DNA of 59,820 nucleotides, filler included, from a bacterium (GTDB lineage: Bacteria; UBP15; UBA6099; JAJRTR01): assembly GCA_024278215.1 (NCBI GenBank). It is 3 parts of 3 records of this genome, joined end to end, with 100 filler letters (N's around TTAATTAATTAA, not from the genome) between each part and the next. Parts side by side here need not be neighbours in the genome. Positions count along the whole stretch, not along the records: positions 1 to 28,689 come from JAJRTR010000025.1; 2 more parts are not named here. One strand, written 5' to 3'. Shown piece by piece: positions 1 to 9,648 of this stretch. A program made the position numbers and the translations under genes. How positions within the stretch are numbered: position 1 is the first letter of the stretch; every line of letters starts with the position of its first letter. The notes beneath the pieces are model-generated. The model did no database searches. It worked only from the letters and a program-made list of their open reading frames with translations, and had not been told where the DNA came from.

Positions 1-401
1 GCAATAAGTGCATCCTTTGCCGGTTCTAAACCTCCTTCCCTTTTGCCTTCTCCTCTCTGAAGATTTTCCATCCTTATCTCGATTCGACTGTTTGCCCTGT
101 TGACTCCCTATGTTTCAGTCTGCTACCCTGTGAACGGTTACCTATATTCAGGGATACAGTATAATCCGGCGCGTGATAATTCATTGTCGCTTTCAGGGAT
201 GTAGTAAACTCCCCCGGCAAAACAAAGCAGTGATGAATCACTGCGCTCCGGATGAAGAAAAACACCTCCCCGTGAACGGTCACAGATATTCAAGTCGGGA
301 AAAACGGTCTCCGGGCGGGTAACACTTTACATGCCAATAACGGTATCCGTATAATTCTCCAAGTGTATATCCGGAAAATATCTCGAATTGTTATATCTAT
401 T

Positions 402-435
402 AAAAAGCCACGCCTGATAACATGACGTGGCTTTT
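402..435. terminator. Intrinsic terminator-like hairpin downstream of the pilin array
   Basis: AAAAGCCACG...CGTGGCTTTT inverted repeat with A/T runs on both sides, about 120 nt after the stop of the last pilin. Confidence 0.6.
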
Positions 436-553
436 GTGAAATATCACCTGATTTATATACTAATTTCATACCGACACTTCCGCATCCACTTCAGGTCAAG
501 CGGAGTAATCCGGCGAGTTGTAAACAATATACTTTCGGCGGCTCAAGTTGCTA

Positions 554-898
554 TCAGAGCTTATGAGTGCCTGCGCCTTCGCGGTGACCGGAAACCCTGT
601 GATATGGCGACGCGACGAGTACGTATGATGTCATATCCACCGGACATGTGGGTATACCGTCCGGGAAATAGTTGACATTCGTTTTGATGTCGCTCATTGA
701 ATCTGTAGGCCATGTAGCTTCAATGTAAAAGTAGGCTTCGATCTGTTTATTAATGATCGCCCTGTTCATTTCACATGACTGTACCTTGGCAGTCTTTGTC
801 GTAACCGTAAACCTTGGAATTACGATTGCCGCCAGGATACTGATCAACAGTACCACCAACATTACTTCCAGTAGTGTGAATCCAGCTTGTTTTTTCAT
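554..898 (-). CDS. Type IV pilin / pseudopilin (ComGC-like), last copy in the array
   Basis: Class III signal MKKQAG|FTLLE with Glu at +5, hydrophobic helix, two Cys, 114 aa. Confidence 0.9.
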   Translation of the reverse strand: MKKQAGFTLLEVMLVVLLISILAAIVIPRFTVTTKTAKVQSCEMNRAIINKQIEAYFYIEATWPTDSMSDIKTNVNYFPDGIPTCPVDMTSYVLVASPYHRVSGHREGAGTHKL

Positions 899-941
899 GT
901 TCTTACCCCTTCTGTAATATAGTTTTGTTACTGAACATACT

Positions 942-1292
942 TTAATTCAAAGTATGTGTACCCGCGCCTTCGCGGTGACCGGAAACCCTGTGATATGGCG
1001 ACGCGACGAGTACGTATGATGTCATATCCACCGGACATGTGGGTATGCCGTCCGGGAAATAGTTTACGTTCGTTTTGATGTCGCTCATCGAATCCGTAGG
1101 CCATGTAGCTTCAACAAAGAAGTAGGCTTCCACCTGCTTATTGATGATCGACCTGTTCATCTCACAAGACTGCACTTTCGCAACCTTTGTCGAGATCGTG
1201 AATCTTGGAATTACGATTGCTGCCAGGATACTGATCAACAATACAACCAGCATGACTTCCAGCAGTGTGAATCCAGCTTGCACCTTTTTCAT
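942..1292 (-). CDS. Type IV pilin / pseudopilin
   Basis: MKKVQAG|FTLLEVMLVV N-methylation motif; near-identical to neighbouring pilins. Confidence 0.9.
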   Translation of the reverse strand: MKKVQAGFTLLEVMLVVLLISILAAIVIPRFTISTKVAKVQSCEMNRSIINKQVEAYFFVEATWPTDSMSDIKTNVNYFPDGIPTCPVDMTSYVLVASPYHRVSGHREGAGTHTLN

Positions 1293-1342
1293 ACTTTATA
1301 CCTCGTCTTCCTGTTTTTTGCATTTATACTGTTACGGTTTTC

Positions 1343-1708
1343 TTATCTTTTAATTACGCCGCTGAAGATATGTGTTCCGTCTCCCTCGCGGTGTCCACTG
1401 ACGCGGTGGTAGGGGGAAGGTACGAGCACATAAGATGTAAGATCAACCGGGCACGTGGGTATTCCGTCCGGAAAATAGTTGACATTCGTTTTGATGTCGC
1501 TCATGGAATCTACAGGCCATGTGGCTTCCACAAAGAAGTAGGCTTCCACCTGCTTGTTGATAATCGACCTGTTCATTTCACATGACTGCACTTTCGCCAT
1601 TTTCGTCGATACTGTAAATCTCGGTATGACGATAGCTGCCAGTATACTGATCAGTATAACAACCAGCATCACCTCAAGTAACGTAAAACCTGCCTGGCTC
1701 TTTTTCAT
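1343..1708 (-). CDS. Type IV pilin / pseudopilin
   Basis: Start moved from 1852 to ATG 1708 (MKKSQAG|FTLLE), which has GAGAGG upstream and matches the paralog N-termini. Confidence 0.88.
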   Translation of the reverse strand: MKKSQAGFTLLEVMLVVILISILAAIVIPRFTVSTKMAKVQSCEMNRSIINKQVEAYFFVEATWPVDSMSDIKTNVNYFPDGIPTCPVDLTSYVLVPSPYHRVSGHREGDGTHIFSGVIKR

Positions 1709-1757
1709 TTCCCGCATCCTCTCAAAACTTCGATTTATCACCCTGCTGTTAATATTT

Positions 1758-2138
1758 TTAATGATTGAATTGCAGCATTCTTTCGAATATGTGCGTACCG
1801 GCACCTTCTCTGTGCCCCGAGACTCTCTTGTAAGGTGACGGAACGAGCACATAAGATGTCAGGTCCACCGGGCATGTGGGTATGCCGTCAGGGAAGTAGT
1901 TGACATTTGTTTTGATGTCTGCAAGGGTATCAAGGGGCCATGTCGCTTCCACAAAGAAATACATTTCGACCTGTTTGTTGATGATCGACCGCTGTATTTC
2001 GCAGGCCTGCACTTTTGCTCTTTTTGTCGATATCGCATAGCGGGGAATCACAATCGCACCCAGTATGCTGATGAGGATTACGACGAGCATTACCTCAATG
2101 AGCGTAAAACCTGTTTCTTTTCCTATTAGCTTCCTCAT
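1758..2138 (-). CDS. Type IV pilin / pseudopilin
   Basis: MRKLIGKETG|FTLIE motif; same YFPDGIPTCPVD core as the other copies. Confidence 0.9.
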   Translation of the reverse strand: MRKLIGKETGFTLIEVMLVVILISILGAIVIPRYAISTKRAKVQACEIQRSIINKQVEMYFFVEATWPLDTLADIKTNVNYFPDGIPTCPVDLTSYVLVPSPYKRVSGHREGAGTHIFERMLQFNH

Positions 2139-2179
2139 ATCCTGTTGCTCCTGTTCAAATACAATATATTTAATCCGGT

Positions 2180-2548
2180 TCAGTTAGGCAGAACGTGTGT
2201 TCCGGCACCTTCCCTGTGTCCGCTGACCCTGTGTTTCGGAGCAGGTGCCAGCACATAAGAAGTCATATCAACCGGACATGTTGGTATTCCGTCCGGAAAA
2301 TAGTTGTCGTTTGTTTTTATATCTGCAAGTGAACCAAGCGGCCAGGTACTTTCTGTGAAGTAATATGTCTCAACTGATGTATTTATTATTGCCCGATTCA
2401 TTTCACATGCTTGCACTTTTGCTGTTTTCGTTCCTATAGAAAACCTGGGGACAATTATTGCTGCCAGTATGCTTATCAGCACAACTATCAGAAGTACTTC
2501 TATAAGTGTAAATCCACTCTGATTGATTTTCAGTCCGGTCAGAAGCAC
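2180..2548 (-). CDS. Type IV pilin / pseudopilin, first and most divergent copy
   Basis: NQSG|FTLIE motif. Start uncertain: GTG 2548 chosen for a short leader; the ORF is open to 2626. Confidence 0.82.
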   Translation of the reverse strand: MLLTGLKINQSGFTLIEVLLIVVLISILAAIIVPRFSIGTKTAKVQACEMNRAIINTSVETYYFTESTWPLGSLADIKTNDNYFPDGIPTCPVDMTSYVLAPAPKHRVSGHREGAGTHVLPN

Positions 2549-3003
2549 ACCTTCCACAATAATCTGTAGACTTTTATCAACAACTTCCGTGCCAACTTCA
2601 GTAAAACCCTGCCTGGAAAAATCCAATATCCCGCTTTTTCAAAAAAAAAGAAATATTTCTCTGCGTATCTTGCGGCAACTACTACCCACAATGGCATTAC
2701 CCTCATATTGAGCCGTTTAAACATACTAATTAACATAATATGTGTTATCTGAAATCATTTGCAGCTTCAATTATCTTGTTTTGCAGTGAAAAACTGCATC
2801 CCAAGCAAAAATTGTTCCTGTGAATCTAAAAAATACTGAAAAAAACAAATCTTTTTCTGTTTTTTGCGAACCTTGAGAAAACTTTTAAGCGCTTGGATTA
2901 TTCCTGTATATTAACATTTTCAGGAATTGTGATTCGCGAAAATCCCGAAAAAGGGGTATTTGAATACCCGTCTTTACGCATGAATGGGTAATGCGATACA
3001 CAA

Positions 3004-4209
3004 TCAATTGGGGGCAAAACTGACAATATTGAAGATGGGAAGATACATGGCGATAGCGATAAATCCGATAATGAAAGCCACGAAAACTGTTATCAGGGGT
3101 TCGAGAATCAGCAGCAATCTCTTTATCAGATGATTGAGTTCTTTTTCCAGCGCGTCGGCACTGCCGTCGAGCATTTCCGACAGGTTACCGTTCTGTTCGC
3201 CGGCGGCTATCATGTAGGTCACGAGAGGGGAGAAGTCTCTGGACAACCGCAACGGCGACGAAATCGTCCCGCCGGATTCGACACTTTCTATGACCCTCTA
3301 GAGGTCTCTTGAAATGCAATCGTTTTCTACAAGGCTGCGGGCGGTTTCAAGTGAGGTGATGACCGGCACCCCGCAGTTGAGCATTGATCCGAGAGTGCGG
3401 ACAGTTCGCGAAATCGCTATCCTTCTATTTATAGGGCCGAATATGGGGACCGACATCCGCAGCCTGTCATAAGTAGGTTTTGTCGACGGGCTGCTCTTGA
3501 ACAGCAGGAACCCGACAAACAACACAATGAGCGCGCCTATGCACATCATCCAGTTACTGACGAGGAAATTGCTGATCCCGAGCATAATTCTTGTCGTCTG
3601 GGGCAGTTTCAGGCCTGCATCGGAATATATCTTGTCGAATGCGGGGATAACTTTGAAAGTGAAGAAAAACACGGCAACCGCCGCGAGCGTAAGAACAAGT
3701 TTCGGATATGTAAACGCGGAACTGATCGCCCGTTTCAGTTCGACATCTCTTTCGAGATACTGTGTAAGATTGTCAAGCACCTTAACGAGATTACCGCTGG
3801 CTTCACCCGACTTTATCATGCTTATGTAAAAATGGGGAAATACCTTCGGGTGGTTCTCGAAAGCGGCGGATAGTGAGACTCCGTTTTCGACTTCTTCACG
3901 TATTTTTTTTATTACTTTTTTCAGAGAAACATTTTCAGTCTGCTCTTCGAGCGCCGCGAGCGCGTCGACCGCCGGAAGCCCTGTGGATATGACGGTGCTG
4001 AGTAGTTTTGTGAAAATCACGATGTCGTCGATCGTTATCCGCTGCTGGATGAGGGTGATTCCTTCGGATAGTTCTTTTTCCGTGACGGACAGTACTACAT
4101 AGCCGAGTTTCTGAAGCCTGAAGAACACGGCCTGTTCGGTGGCACCGTAAAGAGTGCCCTGATAGTTTCTGCCGAGCTGGTCTTTTGCTATGAATTTATA
4201 GTGTGGCAT
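3004..4209 (-). pseudogene. pilC: PilC/GspF-family inner-membrane platform protein interrupted by an in-frame TAG at 3298-3300
   Basis: Two T2SSF domains (GEASGNL...YPK; GEQNGNL...LEPL..AMYLPIF). The two ORFs are in the same frame: ...ISRDL*RVIESVESGGTISSPLRLS... Confidence 0.8.
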
Positions 4210-4231
4210 ATTTGATGTTTTCGCGGCTTTT

Positions 4232-5935
4232 TCAGTCTATGCTGATGAAAACCGCTTTTCTGACTTCTTCGAAAGTAGTAATTCCTTCGACAACTTTTCT
4301 GAAGGACGCATGGCGCAGAGTGCTCATACCTTCTTTTATAGCAGCCTGTCTTATGTCGCCTGCGCCCCGGCCTTCGAACACCATTTCCTGTATCGTTTCC
4401 GTGACACGCATTACCTCGAAGACACCGATCCGGCCATAATAGCCTGTGAAGGAACAGAATTTGCATCCCCGGCCTCTGAAAAGTGTGGCCTTTCCGCGTT
4501 TTTCGGATTTTACGCCGAAATCGCGGAAAAGAGTCCGGACATCAACTTTATACGGTTCTTTGCAATAAGGACATATCTTTCGGATAAGTCTCTGTGCGAC
4601 AACACCAATGAGTGATGCCGCGAGCAGATAGTCCTGCACACCCATTTCCACAAGTCTTGTGATGGCATTCGAGGCGTTGCTGGTGTGCAGAGTGCTGAAA
4701 ACGAGATGGCCCGTGATGGACGCCTGGTTCGCGATGCGGGCAGTTTCACTGTCGCGTATCTCACCTACCATTATAATGTTAGGGTCCTGTCTCAATATGG
4801 AGCGCAGCCCGGTGGCAAACGTGATGCCCGCGCCCTGGTTGACCTGCGACTGGTTGATGCCCGGCAGCTTGTATTCGACGGGGTCCTCGATTGTAACAAT
4901 GTTCTCTGTCTGGTTGTTTATCCTGCTGAGAATGGAGTAGAGAGTAGTGGTTTCTCCGCAGCCTGTGGGGCCGGTAACGAGAATCATGCCGTTCGGGCGC
5001 TCGATCAGGTCTTTTATTACAGTGAGGTCGCGGCCTTCGAGTCCCAGCCCCTCGAGACTGATAAGCATATTCTCCTTACTCAGAATACGCATAACAACTT
5101 TTTCGCCGTTTATAGTGAGATAAGTGGCAGCGCGAATATCATACTCGCGACTCCCTTTTTTTATCGTGATATGACCGTCCTGCGGGACCCGTTTTTCGGT
5201 TATGTTCATGTTCGACAGAATTTTTATCCTGGATATGACGGAAGCCTCGACATGGCTTGGTATCTGCATGACATCATGAAGAACACCGTCGATGCGGTAG
5301 CGCACCCTGAGCGCGTTTTCCTGGGGTTCGAGGTGTATGTCGCTTGCACGCTCGTTGATAGCCCCGTCGATGATGTCTACAACAAGCCTTACAACCGGCG
5401 GGCTTTCCACCGCGGCCAGCATGTCGTCGATAATAAGCTCGCCGGTCTCCAGTGGAATCTGCTCCTCGACGTGCATGTCGATAATTGTCTGCCGGGTTCT
5501 GTGTTGCGGGTTGAAGTGCTGGTTCAGGGCAAGCCGTATCTCGTTTTCAGCAGCCAGAAACGGTTCCACATTGTAGCCCGTGGTGAGTTCCACCTCGTCG
5601 ATAACCGACATATCCACCGGCGGTGCGAGAGCGAGACTGATCGTGTCGTTTTCAATGCTGAACGGGAACACGTTGTGTCTTCGCAGCAGATCTTCCGGAA
5701 GCAGGTGCGAAACCTGTGGATCGACATTGTCGTCGCTAAGCTCGATGCGAGGGACAGCGAGCTGCTCTGCCAGCACATCCACCATATCTTCGTGTGAGAT
5801 CAAACCGAGTTCGACAAGAGAATGGACTATTGCCTGATCTCCCGCTCCCCTTGCCTGTCGCCGGGCCTGCTCGTACTGTTCATGAGAGATAAGTTTTTTT
5901 CTCTGCAATATTTCCGCGACACGTGCACGCGCCAT
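4232..5935 (-). CDS. pilB: PilB/GspE-family secretion ATPase (Walker A Lys reads as Glu)
   Basis: ASDIHLEP, RIDGVL, TIEDPVE, LRQDPNIIMVGEIRD, GHLVFSTLH and a CxxC...CxxC zinc motif. Walker A is GPTGCGETTT. Confidence 0.9.
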   Translation of the reverse strand: MARARVAEILQRKKLISHEQYEQARRQARGAGDQAIVHSLVELGLISHEDMVDVLAEQLAVPRIELSDDNVDPQVSHLLPEDLLRRHNVFPFSIENDTISLALAPPVDMSVIDEVELTTGYNVEPFLAAENEIRLALNQHFNPQHRTRQTIIDMHVEEQIPLETGELIIDDMLAAVESPPVVRLVVDIIDGAINERASDIHLEPQENALRVRYRIDGVLHDVMQIPSHVEASVISRIKILSNMNITEKRVPQDGHITIKKGSREYDIRAATYLTINGEKVVMRILSKENMLISLEGLGLEGRDLTVIKDLIERPNGMILVTGPTGCGETTTLYSILSRINNQTENIVTIEDPVEYKLPGINQSQVNQGAGITFATGLRSILRQDPNIIMVGEIRDSETARIANQASITGHLVFSTLHTSNASNAITRLVEMGVQDYLLAASLIGVVAQRLIRKICPYCKEPYKVDVRTLFRDFGVKSEKRGKATLFRGRGCKFCSFTGYYGRIGVFEVMRVTETIQEMVFEGRGAGDIRQAAIKEGMSTLRHASFRKVVEGITTFEEVRKAVFISID

Positions 5936-6375
5936 AGTTAAATCTCCATTTTACGGCACATTCCCGGCATTACTAATGTACCATCACTCGGACCTGCTCT
6001 ATTTTGTCACTCAAACAGCAGCCTGTAATAACTTGCGTAACTTAATGCTGAACCTGCGCGAACTCAGATGTTTTGTAAGAATTTCGGGGACATGACTGGA
6101 ATTTACCCATTAATTCCGAATCGTGTACCCGGTAATTCGGATCCTTCTGTAAAAACATGCAAGTTCAGCAATAATGTAAAATATCACGCACCGATTGCGT
6201 TCGGTACTTATCTATAATAATCCTTTTAAAGGACTGTTTGTTTCCAGTATCGTACTAAAATGCAATTTAGCATTATACACGATTTCACATTTTTTGTCAT
6301 CATGTTTCGACAGCACATTTCACAAATGATATGGCCGTGAACAAACAGAACCTGGAATAGTACTGAACGATATTA

Positions 6376-6403
6376 TTGACACTGCCGTAAAAATCGCTAC
6401 AAT
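6376..6403 (+). promoter_or_regulatory. Sigma70-type promoter of the tRNA pair
   Basis: TTGACA (6376-6381), 16-nt spacer, TACAAT (6398-6403), upstream of the tRNAs. Confidence 0.6.
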
Positions 6404-6548
6404 TTTAGGTCGGGTCACGTAGCACGGTATAAGTTATACCCTTGTTGCTCCGTAAGCGAGTGGCCTGTCGGATTCCGACTTTGCCGGTCAAGGAAAACTT
6501 AAGAATAGGAATGGGTAAATCGGAAGCAGTCTATCGTCAATAGAAGAA

Positions 6549-6622
6549 GCGCCCGTAGCTCAGCTGGATAGAGCGCATCCCTGCGGAGGATGAGGTCTCA
6601 GGTTCGAATCCTGTCGGGCGCA
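6549..6622 (+). tRNA. tRNA-Arg, anticodon GCG
   Basis: Cloverleaf: GCGCCCG/CGGGCGC acceptor stem, anticodon stem CATCC/GGATG, loop CT-GCG-GA, TTCGAAT T-loop. CCA is not encoded. Confidence 0.9.
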
Positions 6623-6630
6623 CTGGCGGA

Positions 6631-6703
6631 GCCCCCATAGCTCAGGCGGATAGAGCGCTGGATTCCTAATCCAGGTGGACAGGTTCGAGTCCTGTTGGGG
6701 GTA
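6631..6703 (+). tRNA. tRNA-Arg, anticodon CCT
   Basis: GCCCCCA/TGGGGGT acceptor stem, CTGGA/TCCAG anticodon stem, loop TT-CCT-AA, TTCGAGT T-loop. CCA is not encoded. Confidence 0.92.
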
Positions 6704-6752
6704 CTGAAATGAGGCTCCCTACAGCAAACCACGAGAGTATCAAAGATGTGCC

Positions 6753-6784
6753 ATTCCCGCGAAAGCGGGAATTATTTCTTTTTT
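6753..6784 (+). terminator. Hairpin plus T-rich tract after the tRNAs (terminator or REP-like)
   Basis: ATTCCCGC-GAAA-GCGGGAAT followed by TATTTCTTTTTT. Confidence 0.55.
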
Positions 6785-6928
6785 GCGTATCCGGCAATCC
6801 CGCTTTAGACATTTAGCCCCCTTGAGGGCAAGCTCGCGATACGGGCCTTGAACTTATTGTATTTCAGCTATAGAATTACGGCTTATTCAACATAATGAAG
6901 GAACTTACAACATAGCTGCCGGAGAGCA

Positions 6929-8023
6929 ATGAACAAGCCGAAAAACGACAAAAGCGCGTCGAGCAATTTCTCCGGTTGTATTGTTCTTTTGATATTTTCT
7001 TTTATTGGTTTTCTTTTTCTGGCTAACATAGTTTTTGTGATAAAGTTTCGAACGGACGGACAGACGGAGCGAGCGATAAGACTCCGCGAATTTCCGGCGA
7101 ATATTGATATATCAGGGCGCCGGCCCGGCACTGACCGGCTTTTTCGGCTAAGAACAACAGCGGATCATTTCATCTACCCGGCGGGGATACACGCGCAACC
7201 CGACAAAAAAATATTTTTCCTCGGCGGCTCGACTACCGAGTGTTTTTATGTCGATGAGAAAAAACGTTTCCCATATCTTGCCATCGAGTTGCTCGAAGAA
7301 AGAACGGGCAAGAAGATAAATTCCTACAATGCCGCCGTCAGTTCCAGCAATTCTCTGCATTCAATAAATATTCTGTTCAATAAAGTGATGCCCTATGAAC
7401 CCGACGTCAGTGTCATGATGCACAATATCAACGATCTGATAATACTGATGTATACAGGCACGTACTGGAACGATCATTTCAACCGTTCGGCGCTGATAGT
7501 AATGAACAATGATAATGCGGACAGCATCTTCAAACTGATTTTTCCCGGACTCGCGGAACTGGCGACAAGGATCAGGCAGAAGATGGGAAAAGCCGAGAAA
7601 AAAGATGAGTGGGCGAAATATAGAAACAGGAAAGTAATAATTGACGAGGATTATTTCACCACTCAGTTTTCAGCCAATATCGATACCTATATAGGAATGT
7701 GCCGCGCGAGGGGAATCGTTCCAGTGCTTATGACACAGCCTAACAGATTTAAAAAAGACATGGAAGATGAAAACTTTGAGATTGTGAAAACTCTGGACAG
7801 GGACTTTGGAATTAAATATGAAGAATTTCTGGCGTTGTATTACAGGTTTAACGATATTATCAGAAATAAAAGCCGGGAGAAAGATGTCATTGTCATAGAC
7901 CTTGCAAACAGAGTGCCGCAGAGTGATGAGTATATGTATGACTGGGTTCATCTTAATAACAAGGGAAGCGTTCTTGTATCCGACATAATAGCATCCGACC
8001 TGGCCGGGAAACTCCAGTGGTAG
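6929..8023 (+). CDS. SGNH/GDSL hydrolase-family protein, membrane anchored
   Basis: N-terminal TM segment, FLGGSTT block I, INDL block III, DWVH block V. Confidence 0.8.
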   Translation: MNKPKNDKSASSNFSGCIVLLIFSFIGFLFLANIVFVIKFRTDGQTERAIRLREFPANIDISGRRPGTDRLFRLRTTADHFIYPAGIHAQPDKKIFFLGGSTTECFYVDEKKRFPYLAIELLEERTGKKINSYNAAVSSSNSLHSINILFNKVMPYEPDVSVMMHNINDLIILMYTGTYWNDHFNRSALIVMNNDNADSIFKLIFPGLAELATRIRQKMGKAEKKDEWAKYRNRKVIIDEDYFTTQFSANIDTYIGMCRARGIVPVLMTQPNRFKKDMEDENFEIVKTLDRDFGIKYEEFLALYYRFNDIIRNKSREKDVIVIDLANRVPQSDEYMYDWVHLNNKGSVLVSDIIASDLAGKLQW

Positions 8024-8120
8024 TATTGCCGTCGGATGTCGGGGACCGTCTGCATGTAGCGACACATTCACAACTCGTTGCGCCATTCATGTTTTCCGGT
8101 GTCTTCACATAATCCTGATA

Positions 8121-8152
8121 TTAACCCGCATATTTCACCAATGCGGGCAAAA
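8121..8152 (+). repeat. End fragment of repeat family B
   Basis: TTAACCCGCATATTTCACCAATGCGGGC is identical to the left end of the element at 22724; a degenerate copy lies at ~9590-9620. Confidence 0.7.
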
Positions 8153-8194
8153 TGTCATAACAATGTATAGTATACACACGGTAAAAATCCGGAA

Positions 8195-9496
8195 ATGTTT
8201 GAAGACAACACTATCGTCATGATGCAAATACTGAATTCCACATATCAATGGCTCAACGAGAAAGGGTTCTTCCACCTTCTTTTTGTAAATTTTCTTGCCA
8301 ATATACTTGGATTCATATCATCGCTGACAGTGGCAAAACTTCTTAGTCCGACCGAGTTGGGGCAGACCCGGATTTTCCAGACTTACCTGAATCTGCTCCT
8401 GCTCATCTGCGGTTTCGGACTCAACACCTCGGTTCTTAAATTCTGCGCGGAGCGGCTTTCGGAAGAAAAACGCAATTACATTCTCAAGTACGCGACCGGT
8501 CGCAGTCTTATCGTCACCGCTGTTGTCTTTGTTGTAGCGTTTATACTCACAAAACTCGGCATCATCGTTTCCTCCGGCAAATTTTCAACATGGTTCATCA
8601 TACTGATGTTGTCGATGCCGTTTTCTATCGTTACACAAATGTTGCTTACTTATAAGCAGGCTTTGAAGGAAATGAAAACGCTGGCGAAGTTGCAGTTGAT
8701 CATAAGAGGCGAGAGCTTCGTCCTGGTGATCCTGTTGACCTGGAAATGGGGTTTCAAAGGATTTGTAATCTCCCTGGTTGTTGCAAATGTTGCAGGGCTT
8801 ATCCCGGCTCTTATCGATACAACAACAAAACCGTTTTACACGTTGGCCGAAAAACTTCCCTCGAACTTCTGGAGTGTCTCTATATACAGCATGATGGCAA
8901 ACGGTGTGAATATGCTCGGCCATTATGTGGATGTCATCATGCTCGACCATTTCAATCCCGACAGGGAGTCGATCGGCTACTACTCGCTCGCTCTGATTTT
9001 CCTCAACGCCTGCATTCAGGTCAATGGCACTGTTCAGTCGATTATAACACCGTATATCAGTGAAAAATCAGATGATAAAGTATGGGTACATAAACAGATC
9101 GTGATGAATCAGTTGCGAATGAGCGCGCTCAGCATATTCATAGCGGCAGGCACATATCTGGCCGCCTCTGTGTGCATCCACTATTTGTTCGGCCCCGAAT
9201 ACCGGATTGCACTGACATTTCTGGCGGTGCTGCTGATAAAATATATCATAATGTCTTCATATTCCGTCATCGGAGCTGCCTTCGTGGGCCTTGGACTTAT
9301 GTCATATAATTTCCTTGTCGTCTCCATCTCGACACCGGTCGGATTCGTTCTCTCATACCTGATGCTGAAAAAATGGGGAGTCGTCGGAGTCGCCTGGGCG
9401 CAGGTTTTCTCTTCGTCCCTGATACTGATCCTTCTTCTTGTACTGTATCCGTTCGCAATGAGAAAAACTTTCGCTGATCGCGAGAACATCGACTGA
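8195..9496 (+). CDS. Wzx-type oligosaccharide flippase
   Basis: About 12 TM segments, LLSPTELG, FGLNTS, IGYYSLA; glycan-cluster context. Confidence 0.85.
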   Translation: MFEDNTIVMMQILNSTYQWLNEKGFFHLLFVNFLANILGFISSLTVAKLLSPTELGQTRIFQTYLNLLLLICGFGLNTSVLKFCAERLSEEKRNYILKYATGRSLIVTAVVFVVAFILTKLGIIVSSGKFSTWFIILMLSMPFSIVTQMLLTYKQALKEMKTLAKLQLIIRGESFVLVILLTWKWGFKGFVISLVVANVAGLIPALIDTTTKPFYTLAEKLPSNFWSVSIYSMMANGVNMLGHYVDVIMLDHFNPDRESIGYYSLALIFLNACIQVNGTVQSIITPYISEKSDDKVWVHKQIVMNQLRMSALSIFIAAGTYLAASVCIHYLFGPEYRIALTFLAVLLIKYIIMSSYSVIGAAFVGLGLMSYNFLVVSISTPVGFVLSYLMLKKWGVVGVAWAQVFSSSLILILLLVLYPFAMRKTFADRENID

Positions 9497-9648
9497 GCTT
9501 GCGATTATCCTTGTTTTTGATCTTTCCGGTCGAGCACATTTACCCGGATTTATTATTTCAGTTGCATGTGTTATATTTGAAATAATAACTAACCGCATAT
9601 TTCACCAATGCGCGGAAAAACTCTTCGAGATGTGCGCATGGGCAGGTA

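Noticed and set aside
1-71. Possible gene start on the minus strand (MENLQRGEGKREGGLEPAKDALI...) running off the window
   Set aside because: Too short to assign or to distinguish from chance.
125-283. Two direct copies of CC(T/C)GTGAACGGT(T/C)AC, with a similar motif near 28105
   Set aside because: Only short motifs with no paired ends; could be element remnants or operator sites but cannot be supported.
3298-3300. Genome-wide TAG reassignment
   Set aside because: TAG ends several genes at their expected C-termini (e.g. 8023, 33180, and 49017 abutting hxsB), so the standard code fits.
4685-5797. Long plus-strand ORF of 370 aa, and similar ones at 20011, 24091, 38991, 46896 and 51155
   Set aside because: Antisense shadows of well-supported genes, with no recognisable motifs.
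5800-5935. MshEN c-di-GMP-binding motif at the PilB N-terminus
   Set aside because: The RLG..L...G consensus is degenerate (RVAEILQRKK), so binding cannot be claimed.
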